Shown: positions 1-12,508, numbered from the whole stretch's first letter. The stretch: 62,576 nucleotides of DNA, filler included, from Pirum gemmata (GCA_002812295.1; 20 parts of 20 records of this genome joined end to end with filler, not necessarily neighbours in it), one strand, 5' to 3'. Translations and numbers: made by a program. Notes: generated from the sequence alone by a model not told the origin.

Positions 1-217
1 AATTATTAATTATTAAATTATTAATAATAATAATAATATTTTCAAAGTTGATATTGTTGCTGTTACTATTGCTATTATCATTGCCATTTTAACTGTCCTT
101 GATGGTATATATATTATAGACGTTATTATATAAATAGTTAGTTAGTTAGTTAGGATGGGTTATTATTATTATTATTATTATTATTTTATTATTATTCATT
201 ATTAATATTTTTATTTA

Positions 218-2407
218 TTGTACTCATTTTTGGGTTGTAAAAGTGGAATAGAAAATGTGGTTAACGGAGTATCTGGTTCACGCAAAATACTTGAAAATGT
301 TGATGATTTTAATTCGGACCAATTAACGATCGAAAACAATGCATTTAATCGTGAAACTTATTTTAATCAATACGGAAAGGAATGTAAAACTCCCCTTATT
401 GCTGTGCTAACTACAATTTTTAAGCCAACTAAAGCAGTGGAAAATTTATGTAGACAAGGAATCCCAATGATCGTCATTAGTGACAGAAAATCACCAAAAA
501 ACTATACTGTGCCGAAAAATTGTAAATTGGATTATTATGATGTAGATAGACAAAAAAAATTAGAAATCGAAGACAGTGAATTAGGGAAATTTGTAAAACT
601 GATGCCTTGGGATCATTTTGGAAGAAAAAATATTGGTTTTTTATTGGCGGTAAAACAAGGTGCTTGTAAAGTTTGGGATTTTGATGATGATAATTGGCTG
701 ATCACAAAATTGAAAGATAAAATAAAGGGAAATGATTTAATTTTCAACAAGCAAACTATAGGAATCCGGCCTGCATCACATACACCTACACTTTTTCCAG
801 TAGTAAACCCATATACGATTTTTGGGCCCTCAAATTGGTATTGGCCTAGAGGAACCCCTTTGGAACAGGTTTCAGTATCAGAAAGAGATAGTTTAAATGT
901 TGAATTTGTTCGTGTCAAAGCTACTACTTACAAGAAAGTAGCTGTATACCAGGCTTCAGCTAATGGTAATCCTGACGTGGATGGTATTTTTCGACAAACT
1001 CAAAATTTTAAAATCCATTTTAAATCATACTTGGATCATATTTTAATGGATAACAAAGTATTTTGCCCCTATAACGCCCAAGCTACTTTACATACAAGCA
1101 TTGGATTATGGGCTACTTATCTTCCTATAACAGTACCAGGTAGAGTATCAGATATCTGGCGTTCATATTTTTCACAAGCCATTTTTAAGGTTTTAGGCTA
1201 CCACATCGCATTTGCAAGTTCGTGGGTACAGCATGATCGTTCTGCACACGATATTATTAAAGACATTAATGCTGAACGTGACTTACGTGATTTAGCAGGA
1301 CCTCTCAGTAAGTTTTTGAAAAAATGGGCAATAAAGAAGGAGGCGATTGCAGGTATATGTAGTGATGAGCTTTTATTAATTCTTTATCAAGACTTGTACT
1401 CTAGAAGAGTAATTAAAAAGGAGGATGTACGTGCAATAAAACAATGGCTTAAAGCAATGAATGAAAGTGGAATGTTTTTCCCATGCTCACCGAAAAAAAG
1501 TAAAGAAAAGTTTTCTCTCTCGCCAGTTTTCCCCCATAAACTCGATGCACATTACGGTGTTCATATTAATTCTAATTTTTGGCAAATTATTGGCCTTTGG
1601 CAAGCCATGTACTCTGCTCAATATAAATCAGTAACCTTTAACTTATTAAATTATGATTCAGTAAGGCAGTATAGATATTCGTCTTTCCCGTGGCAAACAC
1701 GTTTTACACCTTTGTCAGAGCAAATGACGAATAGGCATGTAACTGGAAGCTTGTCGTACAGTACTCTTTTGCATACCTTAAGAGATGCTGAAGTGAAATC
1801 GAACAATATAGTATGGGGTCATGATGATTTGTTTGTCGGCTATCATGCTGTCAAAAGATGGATAGATACAGAGAAAGAAATTGTTTACGGACCATTTGGT
1901 GGTTTTTTGGGTCCTATTTCTAGTTGGCGTAATTCAAATTGGTTAAATCGTTGGCCCTCAGCTATAAGTGCAGCTAAAATGTTCATCAGTGACAATTGCA
2001 ATGGCTATATACCTAATTATAAATGTAATAGTAAAAATGAAAAATTATTTAGAGGAGGAGCTTCTGATTTCTTTTTCGGAAAGCGGTCTGCTCTAAGTAA
2101 AAATTTTTATGAAACTCTTGGTGAATTTTCAACCAGGGGTTTCCATTTGGAAATTGCTTTAAGTACGGCTGTATATCTCGAAAAAACTGGTAAGAAATTT
2201 GAAGAACCAAATTTATTAACTTGGTGGGATAGAAATAGGGACAATATCGATTTGCAAAGTAAATATTTTAAAAAGAACGAGAATACCGACAGTGTTCACC
2301 CTGTAAAACTTTCAAGTCCATTTAACTTATTTAAGTTAATTGGTATGCGTGATTTATCATGGAATCGCGCCGTTAAATCAAAACCAAACCAAACCGAAAC
2401 AATGTAA
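218..2407 (+). CDS. STELLO-like (DUF288) putative glycosyltransferase; the 5' end probably lies in an upstream exon
   Basis: Family motifs in order: VISDRKSP, PWDHFGRKNIGFLLAV..GA..VWDFDDDN, VNPY..FG...WPRGTPLE, ANGNPDVDGIF, PYNAQAT, LPITVPGRVSDIWRSY.SQ, plus a second HDD-containing domain. The ORF starts at TTG. A hydrophobic stretch (VDIVAVTIAIIIAILTVLD, about 47-104, followed by GTATAT) may be the anchor exon. Confidence 0.85.
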   Translation: MYSFLGCKSGIENVVNGVSGSRKILENVDDFNSDQLTIENNAFNRETYFNQYGKECKTPLIAVLTTIFKPTKAVENLCRQGIPMIVISDRKSPKNYTVPKNCKLDYYDVDRQKKLEIEDSELGKFVKLMPWDHFGRKNIGFLLAVKQGACKVWDFDDDNWLITKLKDKIKGNDLIFNKQTIGIRPASHTPTLFPVVNPYTIFGPSNWYWPRGTPLEQVSVSERDSLNVEFVRVKATTYKKVAVYQASANGNPDVDGIFRQTQNFKIHFKSYLDHILMDNKVFCPYNAQATLHTSIGLWATYLPITVPGRVSDIWRSYFSQAIFKVLGYHIAFASSWVQHDRSAHDIIKDINAERDLRDLAGPLSKFLKKWAIKKEAIAGICSDELLLILYQDLYSRRVIKKEDVRAIKQWLKAMNESGMFFPCSPKKSKEKFSLSPVFPHKLDAHYGVHINSNFWQIIGLWQAMYSAQYKSVTFNLLNYDSVRQYRYSSFPWQTRFTPLSEQMTNRHVTGSLSYSTLLHTLRDAEVKSNNIVWGHDDLFVGYHAVKRWIDTEKEIVYGPFGGFLGPISSWRNSNWLNRWPSAISAAKMFISDNCNGYIPNYKCNSKNEKLFRGGASDFFFGKRSALSKNFYETLGEFSTRGFHLEIALSTAVYLEKTGKKFEEPNLLTWWDRNRDNIDLQSKYFKKNENTDSVHPVKLSSPFNLFKLIGMRDLSWNRAVKSKPNQTETM

Positions 2408-2498
2408 AATAAGTAAGCTCGGATGAAATCCCTTACCAAAAGATTCACATAAGGAGAATATAAGAGCAATGAAGTTAGGGTCGAGCCAAAGATCAATC

Positions 2499-2612
2499 AT
2501 GCAATTTTTTATATATAATAAAAGATCTACCCTCACATTGTTTGCCGGAAATTTAATAATTATATATGGTTACTTTTTTCCAGAGTTAATGAACTGTTTT
2601 AAAACTGATGGG
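2499..2612. repeat. Dispersed repeat fragment; reverse-complement copy at about 45601-45743
   Basis: Shared blocks AAAAGATCTACCCTCACATT and CAGAGTTA.TG.ACTGTTT.AAAACT.ATGGG. Confidence 0.6.
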
Positions 2613-2670
2613 TTAGTTAGGGTTAGGGTTAGGGTTAGGGTTAGGGTTAGGGTTAGGGTTAGGGTTAGGT
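2613..2670 (+). repeat. Interstitial (TTAGGG)n
   Basis: About 9 telomeric hexamers inside the contig. Confidence 0.95.
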
Positions 2671-2682
2671 GATGAGAAAGAC

Positions 2683-3122
2683 ATACCAGTAAAAAATCAG
2701 AAGATAGAAAAATCTGAACATGGAATTGAATCTAGAAAGGTATTTTTGTCAACTCTTTAATCGACATCTAGATACACTTTTTTTTTTTTTTGAGCAAAAT
2801 AAAGAATCAAAAAAAATATCGATTCAAACACTTATTCAAACGATGGTTTTAAAGTTTAAAAATACCAATCTAGATGTCTTAGTTGACAAAAATACCCTTC
2901 TAGATTCAATTCCATCTTCATATTTTTCCATCTTCAGNNNNNNNNNNNNNNNNNNNNNNNNNNNNNNNNNNNGAGCAAAATAAAGGATAAAAAAAAATAT
3001 CTATTCAAACGATGGTTTTAAAGTCTAAAAATACTAATCTAGATGTCTTAGTTGACAAAAATACCCTTCTAGATCCAATTCCATCTTCAGATTTTTCCAT
3101 CTTCAGATTTTTTACTGGCTAT
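2683..3122. mobile_element. MITE with about 70-bp terminal inverted repeats
   Basis: CCAGTAAAAAATCAGAAGATAGAAAAATCTGAACATGGAATTGAATCTAGAAAGGTATTTTTGTCAACT (about 2686-2754) is the near reverse complement of 3050-3119. The right half is duplicated across the N gap, likely an assembly overlap. Confidence 0.7.
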
Positions 3123-3821
3123 CCCAATCCTATTTAAACCCTAATTTTTGACCCTAACCCTAGCCCCAAAATGCATATTAATACGTAACCCTAAAGCTAA
3201 TATCATATTTAATATGATATCGTATGCATATAATGACCCCTTTTACTCTGAACGTAACTTTTTTTTTTTCTTTTTATCCATTGAGGAATGGCACCTATCA
3301 CCTTATTAAGGTGACATTCCAACCTACCCTCCACCCCTCGACCTTAGCTAGACTTCCGCTTACCATAGTCTAACCCTGACCTTGTTACCTTCTAATTAGT
3401 ACTCCTTAAAAAAATTAAACTTAACCTTGTAACCGAAATCAACTAACATTACCATAAACAACCCTAACCCTAACCAACCCTGACCCTAACCAACCCTAAC
3501 CCTAATCAACCCTAACGCTAACGCTGACCCTGTCCATACTAACGAATTCGAATATCAGATAATCCCTTTAAAGTCAAGTATATACTTCTTCTTTTTCTAA
3601 TTAAATTATAATGTAATATAATATTTCTATTATTCGTTCGTTCATTTATTTATATGGTAAATGCTGTACACAAAATAACACATTAAAAATACAAAAAGTT
3701 TTAACTATATTAAGCATTACTATTACAAATAGCAAAAAAGCATATATATTATATATATATATATATATAGCAGTAACAACTTGCAAACACTACGAAAGGT
3801 TATTTTACAACATAATTTCTA

Positions 3822-3921
3822 NNNNNNNNNNNNNNNNNNNNNNNNNNNNNNNNNNNNNNNNNNNNTTAATTAATTAANNNNNNNNNNNNNNNNNNNNNNN
3901 NNNNNNNNNNNNNNNNNNNNN
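3822..3921. other. Artificial contig linker N44-TTAATTAATTAA-N44, first of 19 (others start at 6817, 9794, 12790, 15702, 18674, 21589, 24567, 27519, 30491, 33484, 36476, 41842, 44816, 47750, 50710, 53664, 56630, 59621)
   Basis: Identical 100-bp spacer with stops in all six frames, recurring about every 2.9-3 kb. Confidence 0.98.
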
Positions 3922-4145
3922 GGTGAGGGGGGAGTAGCTGAAAAGTGAATAAAGAGGCAAGAACATAACAAGATAAATAAAAAGTTCATAGCAGGTGTTA
4001 TATAAATAGGAGTGAGGTCTTTAAGAAGAAATAAACATACGCTGATATGTACTAACCTGTGTACTAGTTGCCACCGTGAATATCATTTTTAGCAAAAATA
4101 GGAAACACTCAGATTAACCCAAACTTAACTATATATGTATATATA

Positions 4146-4306
4146 TGTGTGTGTGTGTGTTGTGTGTGTATTGTGTGTGTGTGTTGTGTGTGTGTGTGTG
4201 TTGTGTGTGTGTGTTGTGTGTGTGTGTTGTGTGTGTGTGTTGTGTGTGTTTGTGTGTGTGTGTGTTGTGGGTGTGTGTTGTGTGTGTGTTTGTGTGTTTG
4301 TGTGTG
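4146..4306. repeat. Imperfect (TG)n microsatellite
   Basis: Direct reading; it explains the four spurious ORFs at 4125-4415. Confidence 0.95.
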
Positions 4307-4561
4307 ACCACTTTTTTGCTAGACCGGGGGGTCTATATACATATATCATATATGATATATATATAAATATACATATTATATAATAATAATTATGATATCT
4401 GATAAAGTAGACCACTGGCTAGTAGACTAGCTACTAGTAGTTATCAATAAAATTATTATCATAATATAATTAAATATTGTAATATTACAGTCTACATTAC
4501 ATAATATCATAATATTATCAATGATATCGTAATAATTATTAATGTAAGTAGACAGCAGTAG

Positions 4562-4919
4562 CAGTGTTCGGTTCTAGCTAGCTAGCTAGCTACTAGCTAG
4601 GTAGACCTCAACCCCATTTTTTTCTTGACTACCCAGGGAGTCTACCCTCATCTACCCTCCCTGAGAGACAAGGAAGAAAAAAAAATCATTTTTTGTAAAT
4701 AATTTCAGTTCAAAGCATCCTATATATAGTCTCAAAATTAGACCAATTTTTTTTTAGATCATTTTTTTCAAAAATGTATTTAAATAGGTATTTTACTACC
4801 ATGTTTGTAATGTACGTCAAAATGACGAAAGAATTCCCAAAAATAAAATAAAATCCCCTCTCAAATTACAAAAAAAAAAATGTGTGGTCAGGTGAAGAAC
4901 TGCAATCCGAACAACCCTA
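4562..4919. mobile_element. Non-autonomous TIR element with hAT-like ends (TAGGGTTGTTCGG...CCGAACAACCCTA family)
   Basis: Colinear with the copies at 46330-47053 and 46597-46940 (shared CTGAGAGACAAGG, TGTACGTCAAAATGACGAAAGAAT, GTGTGGTCAGGT.AAGAACTGCAATCCGAACAACCCTA). Confidence 0.75.
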
Positions 4920-5226
4920 CTTTAGTTTCATAAAGTGTACAATAAATATTACCAAATTAATACAATATGAATCTATTTAATTTAATTTGGTATATTTTAT
5001 TATATATTCATTTATTTAAAAATATCAATTCAAATATTATAAACAACCAAATAAATATTCGGAGTGACAAAAGAAATGAAAAGCACGATAGTCTAGCTAG
5101 GTGGATTGCCTCTACTAGCTAGCTATCATAGCTATAGCTACTGGCTAGCTAGGCTAGAGCTACTATTAGCTAGCTAGGCTAGCTAGACTACTAGAGCCTT
5201 TCTTATTATAAAATAAGGAAAACAGG

Positions 5227-5271
<45 letters not shown>

Positions 5272-5448
5272 AGTCTATCGGCAAACAGGGTGGTCTAATG
5301 TGGTCTATTTAGGTCCGTGTCCTGGGAGAAGTCCTCTAGCTAGTAGCTAGCTAGCTAGCTAGATCATAGCTACCTACTAGCTAGCTAGCTATCATAGTAG
5401 CTAGCTAACTTTAGCTAGCTGGAGAGAGACTACAGTCACTACACTCGA

Positions 5449-5575
5449 GGGTTTTTTCTTCGGGTTTTTTCTTCGGGTTTTTTCTTCGGGTTTTTTCTTC
5501 GGGTTTTTTCTTCGGGTTTTTTTTCTTCGGGCTTTTTTTCCTCTATATAGTTTTTTTCTTCGGGTGTTTTTTTTT
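5449..5575. repeat. About 13-bp minisatellite (GGGTTTTTTCTTC)n
   Basis: About 8 copies. Confidence 0.9.
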
Positions 5576-5847
5576 CGTCTGCAAAGGTAGGTCTACTAGC
5601 TAGCTAGCTAGCTATCATAGCTAGAGTCTACTAGCTAGCTAGCAAGAAAAGCACTTCAAACCCGACCCGAGAAATTAGGCGAAAATCCCTGCAGAAAAAT
5701 TGTCAAAAAAAAAAAAAACTCTCAGCCGGGATAGTTTGGTATCCAGTACCGGTATCATATTAAAAAAAAGCCAATTTTATTATCATAGGGCTATTTTTGA
5801 GACCCCTTGATTTTTTTTTTTTTTTGCTATGATATCATGTAATATCG

Positions 5848-6110
5848 TAGCTACTCTAGCTAGCTAGCTAGCTAGATATCGATACTAGCTGTACTAGCTA
5901 GTAGTAGTCACTAGTAGTAGTAGTCTGTACTAGCTAGCTACAAGCTACTACTAGCTAGCTAGCTAGTAGTTGTTTAGTAGCTGGCTACTAGCTAGCTAGC
6001 TAGCTGTAGTCTAACTCCACTAGCCAGTCTATCGGTACCGGTAGCTAGTAGCTAGAGTAGTAACCTAGCCAGTCTATCGGTACCGGTAGACCTCCTAGCT
6101 AGTAGCTAGG
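5848..6110. repeat. TA-punctuated (TAGC)n/(TAG)n compound array; many more across the window
   Basis: The sequence parses as TA plus short spacers GC, G, C, GTC, CTC, GAG, CCGG, TCGA. Confidence 0.85.
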
Positions 6111-6538
6111 CACTTCGTTTATAAATTATGCACTGGCTTATTTTTACTATTGTTTTTATAGCTTGTAGTGAGATAATTTATTTATTTAATAATCATATAT
6201 ATAATATAAAAAAATATATAATTGATCAGCTATACTGTTTATTCATATTATTATTTTGTTAATTTATTATTTACCGTGGTATAGCAATAATAACTTACTT
6301 GAGTGTATATTAGTCCTTTAACATTTATTTGTAGTTTATTATATATTAAACAGATTTTTATTGTTTTGTGTATTGTTTGTTTATTTTTATTTTTATTTGC
6401 TACTCTTTCTTTCTGTCATTTTTTGCATTATTAGTTATTTTTATTACTGTTGGTTAAATTTTTTATTTGTTTTGCTTTAGTTTTATAAAGAAACGAACAC
6501 ACCACCGAGTTTTTATTAGAATATTGCCAAAAATAACA

Positions 6539-6613
6539 ATGGAGTTAAACTCCACTGTTCCTTTTCGTAAGATTCACAGAGTCCAGTTTGGCATTCTTGG
6601 TCCTTTGGAAGTG
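6539..6613 (+). CDS. RPB1: RNA polymerase II largest subunit, exon 1 (the gene runs off the contig)
   Basis: ATG-initiated MELNSTVPFRKIHRVQFGILGPLEV matches the RPB1 N-terminal motif S.xP(L/F)R.(I/V)..VQFG(I/V/L)LSP.E(I/L/V). It is followed by a phase-0 GTAGGT donor where RPB1 intron 1 commonly lies. Not in the ORF track. Confidence 0.85.
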
Positions 6614-6960
6614 GTAGGTTATCTATAATGTCAGTCGAATAAAACCTTTTCGGTGTCTAATTTAAATTTGTCTGTTACTTTTTTTGTCCGTACCTAACAC
6701 ACACACACACATACACCACACGCCCACGCCCACGCCCACGCCCACGCCCACGCCCACGCCCACGCCCACACACCCACACCCACACCAACACACCCACCCA
6801 TTCACCCACCCATTCANNNNNNNNNNNNNNNNNNNNNNNNNNNNNNNNNNNNNNNNNNNNTTAATTAATTAANNNNNNNNNNNNNNNNNNNNNNNNNNNN
6901 NNNNNNNNNNNNNNNNATTATTATTATTATTATTAATCGATCATATATATATATATATAG

Positions 6961-7827
6961 ATGTTGTTTGGTTTTTTGTAACATACCAAAAAGGAAAGGA
7001 TTTAAATGCAAACTCTTTTACTATTAAACCAAAAATTTCCACCATACAGAAAAATAGACAAGCGAAACCAAGAAATATTACTATTGATTTAAGTAAAGAG
7101 GACAATGATTTAGAAGTTGGTAATAATGAAATAATGAAAAAAGAAGAACAAGAAATTAAACAAAACGTTAAAGAAGAAATCGAACATAGAGAAGAAGATA
7201 GAAAATTAGTAGTAAGAAAAGATGGAAAATTAGTATTACTAGAAGATGATGAAAAAGAAGAAGTAGTTGAAGAATATGAAAATAGAGTAATTAATCAAAT
7301 TGGTCTTAGTAAAAATATGGACAAAGAGGGGCTAGCTTTCGATATCAATAACGATGAAATAAAGAAAAACAGCTCAAAGAAACAGAAAAAATTACCGAAA
7401 CCGAAAACAACAAAAACAACAAAAACAACAAAAGCAACAAAAAATACAAAAACAACAAAAAATGCACAACCAGCCAAAATAGCAAAAGCAACAAAAACAA
7501 CAAAAGCTGCGAAGACAAAAGGAACAAAAGCTGCGACAAAAGCAAAAACAACGAAAACAACGAAAACAACGAAAACAACGAAAACAACGAAAACAACGAA
7601 AGGCACTGCAAAAACGTCGAAAAAAACCAAAAAAACCAAACGAGAAATGAAAAATGAAGGAAATGATGAAAATGTCAACCCAAACACACAAAATAGAAAC
7701 ACACATCATACAAACAGCGGTACCAGCGAAGACGATAGTGAGAATGATTACCATAATACTAATGTTGGTGATGATTATGGAGAATGTGAAGATATACAGG
7801 AGCCTCACTACTTGTATCAAGAACAAG

Positions 7828-7876
<49 letters not shown>

Positions 7877-8048
7877 GCAGCAACAACACCAACAACAACA
7901 ACAACAACAACAACATCATCATCATCATCATCATCATCATTACCCTAACCCTAACAACAACAACAACAACATCATCATCAACATCAACATCAACCACAAC
8001 CACAACCACAACCACATCCACAACCATAACAACAACTCGAAAATTTGA
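6961..8048 (+). CDS. Probable terminal exon of a low-complexity protein (K/T/A-rich basic region, polyQ, polyH)
   Basis: The frame of ORF 7134-8048 is open back to a TAG acceptor at 6958-6960. No recognisable domain. Confidence 0.55.
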
Positions 8049-8411
8049 TAAATGTTCGATATTTTCAGATTTTTGAACGCGCACCTGAATTTTTTAATAG
8101 AGTAGAAAAAAAGACTAAAAAAAGAGTAAAAAACTAAAAAAAGGTAAAGTAAAGACTGTAAAGGAATTTTTACCTAATTTCGAAAAAAAAAACTTTCAAA
8201 TTTATTAACAATTACTTATGTTTGAACTTTTAAAAAAATAAATAACCGAAAAAAGAGGAGACAAAAATTATTAAAAGTATTCAAATATATTTATTTATTT
8301 ATCGTACAAACCCGAAAAATGGAAAAAATAATTTTCGAACAGGGCTGAATTTCGGCTTTTTTTTTTTCGAAATCAGAAATTCGAATTGTCTACAATTATT
8401 GGTTCTTGATT

Positions 8412-8695
8412 GACTTCTCCGAATTCTGCCCCTAAAACTCGACTTTCTGCTTCTGCCTTCTGCCCCGAAAAGCTCGATTTCTGCCGAGCAGAATTTTTGG
8501 TCTGTTTGGTCTGTTCGANNNNNNNNNNNNNNNNNNNNNNNNNNNNNNNNNNNNNNNNNNNNNNNNNNNNNNNNGAATCAATCTCCTTTTTTTTTTTTTT
8601 TTCAAAAAATTAATTTTTGATCGAGTTAGAGAGGAAGAACACCATTTTGTCATTTCTCGAAAAAGGCCAAATTCTGCCCGGGCAGAATTTTCGTC
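8412..8695. mobile_element. MITE with GACTTCTCCGAATTCTGCCC termini; opposite-orientation copy at 52454-52743
   Basis: The two copies are near-identical in reverse complement. Ends read TA|GAC... (52452) and ...GTC|TA (8693-8697). Confidence 0.75.
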
Positions 8696-9230
8696 TAGTT
8701 CTTGATTCCACTAAATTTTAGTTGGACCAGTCAAGAAGCGGCAGTTTTCAAGCGGCACAACCCCAACAAGCCCAACAATGGCCCCCTGGGTCAAAAAAAA
8801 AAAACATTTGTCGTAATTTAATTAGTTTAAAAAAAATAGAATTTTTTAAAATATTGTATGCATAATTTTTATTCGCACGATTTAAATAATTTCAATGTTG
8901 CACACTTTTTGAGTTTATCAATTGGTTAAATAATCCTTCTAGATCGGGAATTCGAAAGGGAATTCGAAGATTCTTTAAAAAAAAAAAAAAAAAAGACTAA
9001 AAAAGGTNNNNNNNNNNNNNNNNNNNNNNNNNNNNNNNNNNNNNNNNNNNNNNNNNNNNNNNNNNNNNNNNNNNNNNNNNNNNNNNNNNNNNNNNNNNNN
9101 NNNNNNNNNNNNNNNNNNNNNNNNNNTATATAATAAAATATACCAAATTAAATGAAATGGATTTATATTATATTAATTTGGTACTATTTATTGTATATTT
9201 TATGATGACAAAACAACTGAAAAGTACTAT

Positions 9231-9264
<34 letters not shown>

Positions 9265-9284
9265 ACTTGTCTAACACACTCTAA

Positions 9285-9418
9285 GGAAGCGTCCAAATAA
9301 TAAGTCACGTCAAGGGGTAGGTAGGTAGGTGGTATTTGACCGGAAATTAACATCGAGGGGTAGGTATTTGAAGCTGTATTTGACTGGAAATTGGCGCTAC
9401 TTAGTATTTGAACGCTCT
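9285..9418. mobile_element. PIF/Harbinger-like MITE; a second copy starts at 15660 and is cut by the linker
   Basis: TAA|GG(G/A)AGCGT(T/C)CAAATAATA.GTCACGTCAAGGGGTAGG at both sites; the right end ACTTAGTATTTGAACGCTCT is the inverted repeat. Confidence 0.6.
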
Positions 9419-9436
9419 GACATGTATCGTCTAGCT

Positions 9437-9601
9437 AGTTGTTCTTTTAATCTTTAATTTGGTACTTCTTAAGTGTATAATTGAACTTGTTTATAAAATA
9501 AAATATTAAGTAAAAAGTACCAAATTAATTAAAACATGTCTGATAGTTTAACCATAAAAATAATTTGGTACGTTTATTTCAGTTTTTGAACTGGGCAACT
9601 A
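9437..9601. mobile_element. About 165-bp MITE family with CAGTTGT...GGACAAC ends (Tc1/mariner-like); other copies or fragments near 21110, 34354, 49300, 50540, 51160, 59094
   Basis: Shared core ATAATTTGGTACGTTTATTTCAGTTTTTGAACTGG. Confidence 0.7.
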
Positions 9602-9663
9602 TTGATAAACAAGATATAATATCAGATACCGGTAGTCTACTCAAACACACTACACTCTACCCG

Positions 9664-9706
<43 letters not shown>

Positions 9707-10374
9707 AAATGATAGAACCAGTATGGTAGAAGTTTATAATTATTATACACAGATATCACACCGAACTTGTTTATAAAATACAACATTTTAAGTNNNNNNN
9801 NNNNNNNNNNNNNNNNNNNNNNNNNNNNNNNNNNNNNTTAATTAATTAANNNNNNNNNNNNNNNNNNNNNNNNNNNNNNNNNNNNNNNNNNNNTTTGCCT
9901 ATTGTATCGGAGACTGTATTGGAAACTATTGGAATTTATAAAAAAAAAAACAAAAAAAAAAGAACATAAACTAAAACAAGATACACTATCGATATTAATA
10001 AATCTACACAGATTATAAGCAAATGGTAAACTTTATTTATATTATCACTATCAAAATGTATAATATTATAATAAGCTTTTTAAATTAAAATTAAGAACAT
10101 AAATTAAATCTAAAACAAATTACAGGAAAAATTAATGATAAAATATAATTACTGTTAAATCTGTTAAATATCCTTAATTATTAATATTGTGATTATCACA
10201 TGAGTATTAAGAAAATACCAAATAAAAGCCAACAATAACATAAGTGATAACAATAATGACACCAATAAAATCAATATTATGATAACAATATATTATAATA
10301 ACGTTTAATTAAGCAAAAGTAACAATGATAATAACAACATATCAATTTATTCAATTTGTGGCTGTCGCTGTCAT

Positions 10375-10595
10375 TGTTGTCGTTGTTGTCGTTGTTCTTG
10401 TTCTTGTTCTTGTTCTTGTTCTTGTTCTTGTTCTTGTTCTTGTTCTTGTTCTTGTTCTTGTTCTTGTTCTTGTTCTTGTTCTTGTTCGTGTCCTTTTTCT
10501 TGTTCTTGTTCTTTTTCTTGTTCTTAGTGTTGTTGTTTGTTATTGCTATTGTTGGTGTTGATGCTCCTGTTGTTGTTGTTGTTGTTGTTGTTGTT

Positions 10596-10643
<48 letters not shown>
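10375..10643. repeat. (GTTCTT)n followed by (GTT)n microsatellites
   Basis: Direct reading. Confidence 0.9.
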
Positions 10644-11203
10644 GAGCATCATGTAATTATAAATGTTCTGTTAAAAAATCCTAAAAATTGAAAAAAACAT
10701 GAAAAACAGAAAAAAGAAAATAAGAAAAAATTATAAGAGAAAGTCACCAATGAGAAAGGCAGCGAAAATTTCCAAAAAAAAAATGAATGTAGAAAAAAAA
10801 GTTGTTCGAAAATTCCAGTCGAAAATTTGCTTTTTCCTTTTTTGACAGTCTCGACTCTCGCTCACCCGTCGTGACTCGTGACACTCAATACTCTGGCCTC
10901 ATACAGTGTAATTATGTCATACACTTCTCATACTCGGTCTGCTCAAACCTAGACTAAATCTTGATCCCAAATCGTCAAAATAATAACCCCCCTCCCCCCA
11001 AAGTCAAAACTCGAACAAACTTGCAATTGGTCCTTGTTTCATAGACTATTTATCACGATACTACAAATGATAAAAAAAATAATAATAATAATAAGAAAAA
11101 AGCTGATAAATTTAGGCCTATAAATTTCCTTATTTTTTTCTAGATTCTTTAGCTTTAGCTATGATACTAAGCTATGATAGGATTTTTAGCTGGATTTTTT
11201 CTA

Positions 11204-11241
<38 letters not shown>

Positions 11242-11619
11242 ATGGACGAGACTATCAGTTAGTTTATGTTCGTGTTGACTCAGCTTGACTGTGTGTTGTT
11301 GTTGATTGCTACAGTCTGGCTACAGAGACCCTATTGATTTGATAGTAGTCCATATATACATCTGATATTATGATATACTTTCTAACTTCTCCCTGATCAT
11401 ACGCTATATATTGTAATATATTATAATACATTATCATGATGTATGTTTATATGTTTCAATTTTCATAAGGTGACTCTTAATTAAGGTTAGAGTTAATTAG
11501 CGTTAGCGTTAGGTATAGGATAAAAGGTTAGTCCAGGGTTAGGGCCATAAAAAACATAAAGTTATAAATTAGGGTTAGGATTAATATTAGGGTTATTTGG
11601 TAGGCTAAATGTGTAGGAT

Positions 11620-11855
11620 TAGGGTTTTAGGGGTGTTTTAGGGTTAGGGTTTTAGGGTTAGGGTTTTAGGGTTAGGGTTTTAGGGTTAGGGTTTTAGGGT
11701 TAGGGTTTTAGGGTTAGGGTTTTAGGGTTAGCGTTTTAGGGTTAGGGTTTTAAGGTAGGATTTTAGGGTTAGGGTTTTAGGTTTCGGTTTTAGGGTTAGT
11801 CACCTAGTGTTAGGTTAGGGTTAGTTTGGGTAAGGGTTAGTTTGGGTTAGGGTTA
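11620..11855 (+). repeat. Telomere-like array with a 14-bp higher-order unit TTAGGG-TTTTAGGG
   Basis: About 9 alternating units with degenerate flanks. Confidence 0.9.
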
Positions 11856-12508
11856 GTCTCTACGCTAGTTTGTGGGATTAAGGCATGAATTAATAATTGG
11901 GGGAATAGCTGCCGTTCCCTCCATTAACCAAAATAGCTGGCTAGCTAGCTACAGCTAGCTAGAGCTACTACATGCTAGCTAGCTAGAGTAGTAGCTAGCT
12001 ACACCAGGCTAGCTAGCTACTATACAAGTAGAGAGAAATAGCGAATTGTTAGAGAGTTGAAAGATTTCAAAAATCCAATTTGGTAACGGTATATATTTAT
12101 TTATAAACAAAACTGGAAAAAGATTTTATTTGTAAACATATATATATGTGAAGTTTCTGTGTATGTTGTATGTTTTATATAAAAAAAAAAATAAAAAAAA
12201 TTTTTTTTTATTAAAATTGATTTTAAAAAAGAAAATTCAGTTTTTTAGTTTTATAATAATAATAATAATAATAAAAATAATATTAATTAATATTAATAAA
12301 AATATTAATAAAAACATTAGAAATAAATAATACAATTTATGATACTAATAATAGTAATATTAGTAGCAACAGTAAAAATAATCAGAATCAATATTATGAT
12401 AACCGATATTTTATAGTATACTTTTAAAAAATAATTACTAATTCAAATAATCAAAATATAAATGAATATAATGTTATATTATATTCATTTCTAACAAATT
12501 TAAATAAA

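Noticed and set aside
3866..3877. Regularly spaced TTAATTAATTAA as a biological repeat or CRISPR-like array
   Set aside because: It is always flanked by exactly 44 N on each side, so it is a synthetic six-frame-stop linker.
4125..4415. Low-complexity ORFs (VRVRVR, CVCV, LTLTLT, poly-I/V/L/Y) here and at 2469, 10325, 15408, 20395, 21633, 33326, 36871, 37308, 39212, 44860, 53828, 54148, 55844
   Set aside because: They are translations of microsatellites or telomeric repeats, or antisense shadows of real genes.
7380..7645. Histone H1
   Set aside because: Only a K/T/A-rich repeat is present, with no winged-helix globular domain in this exon.
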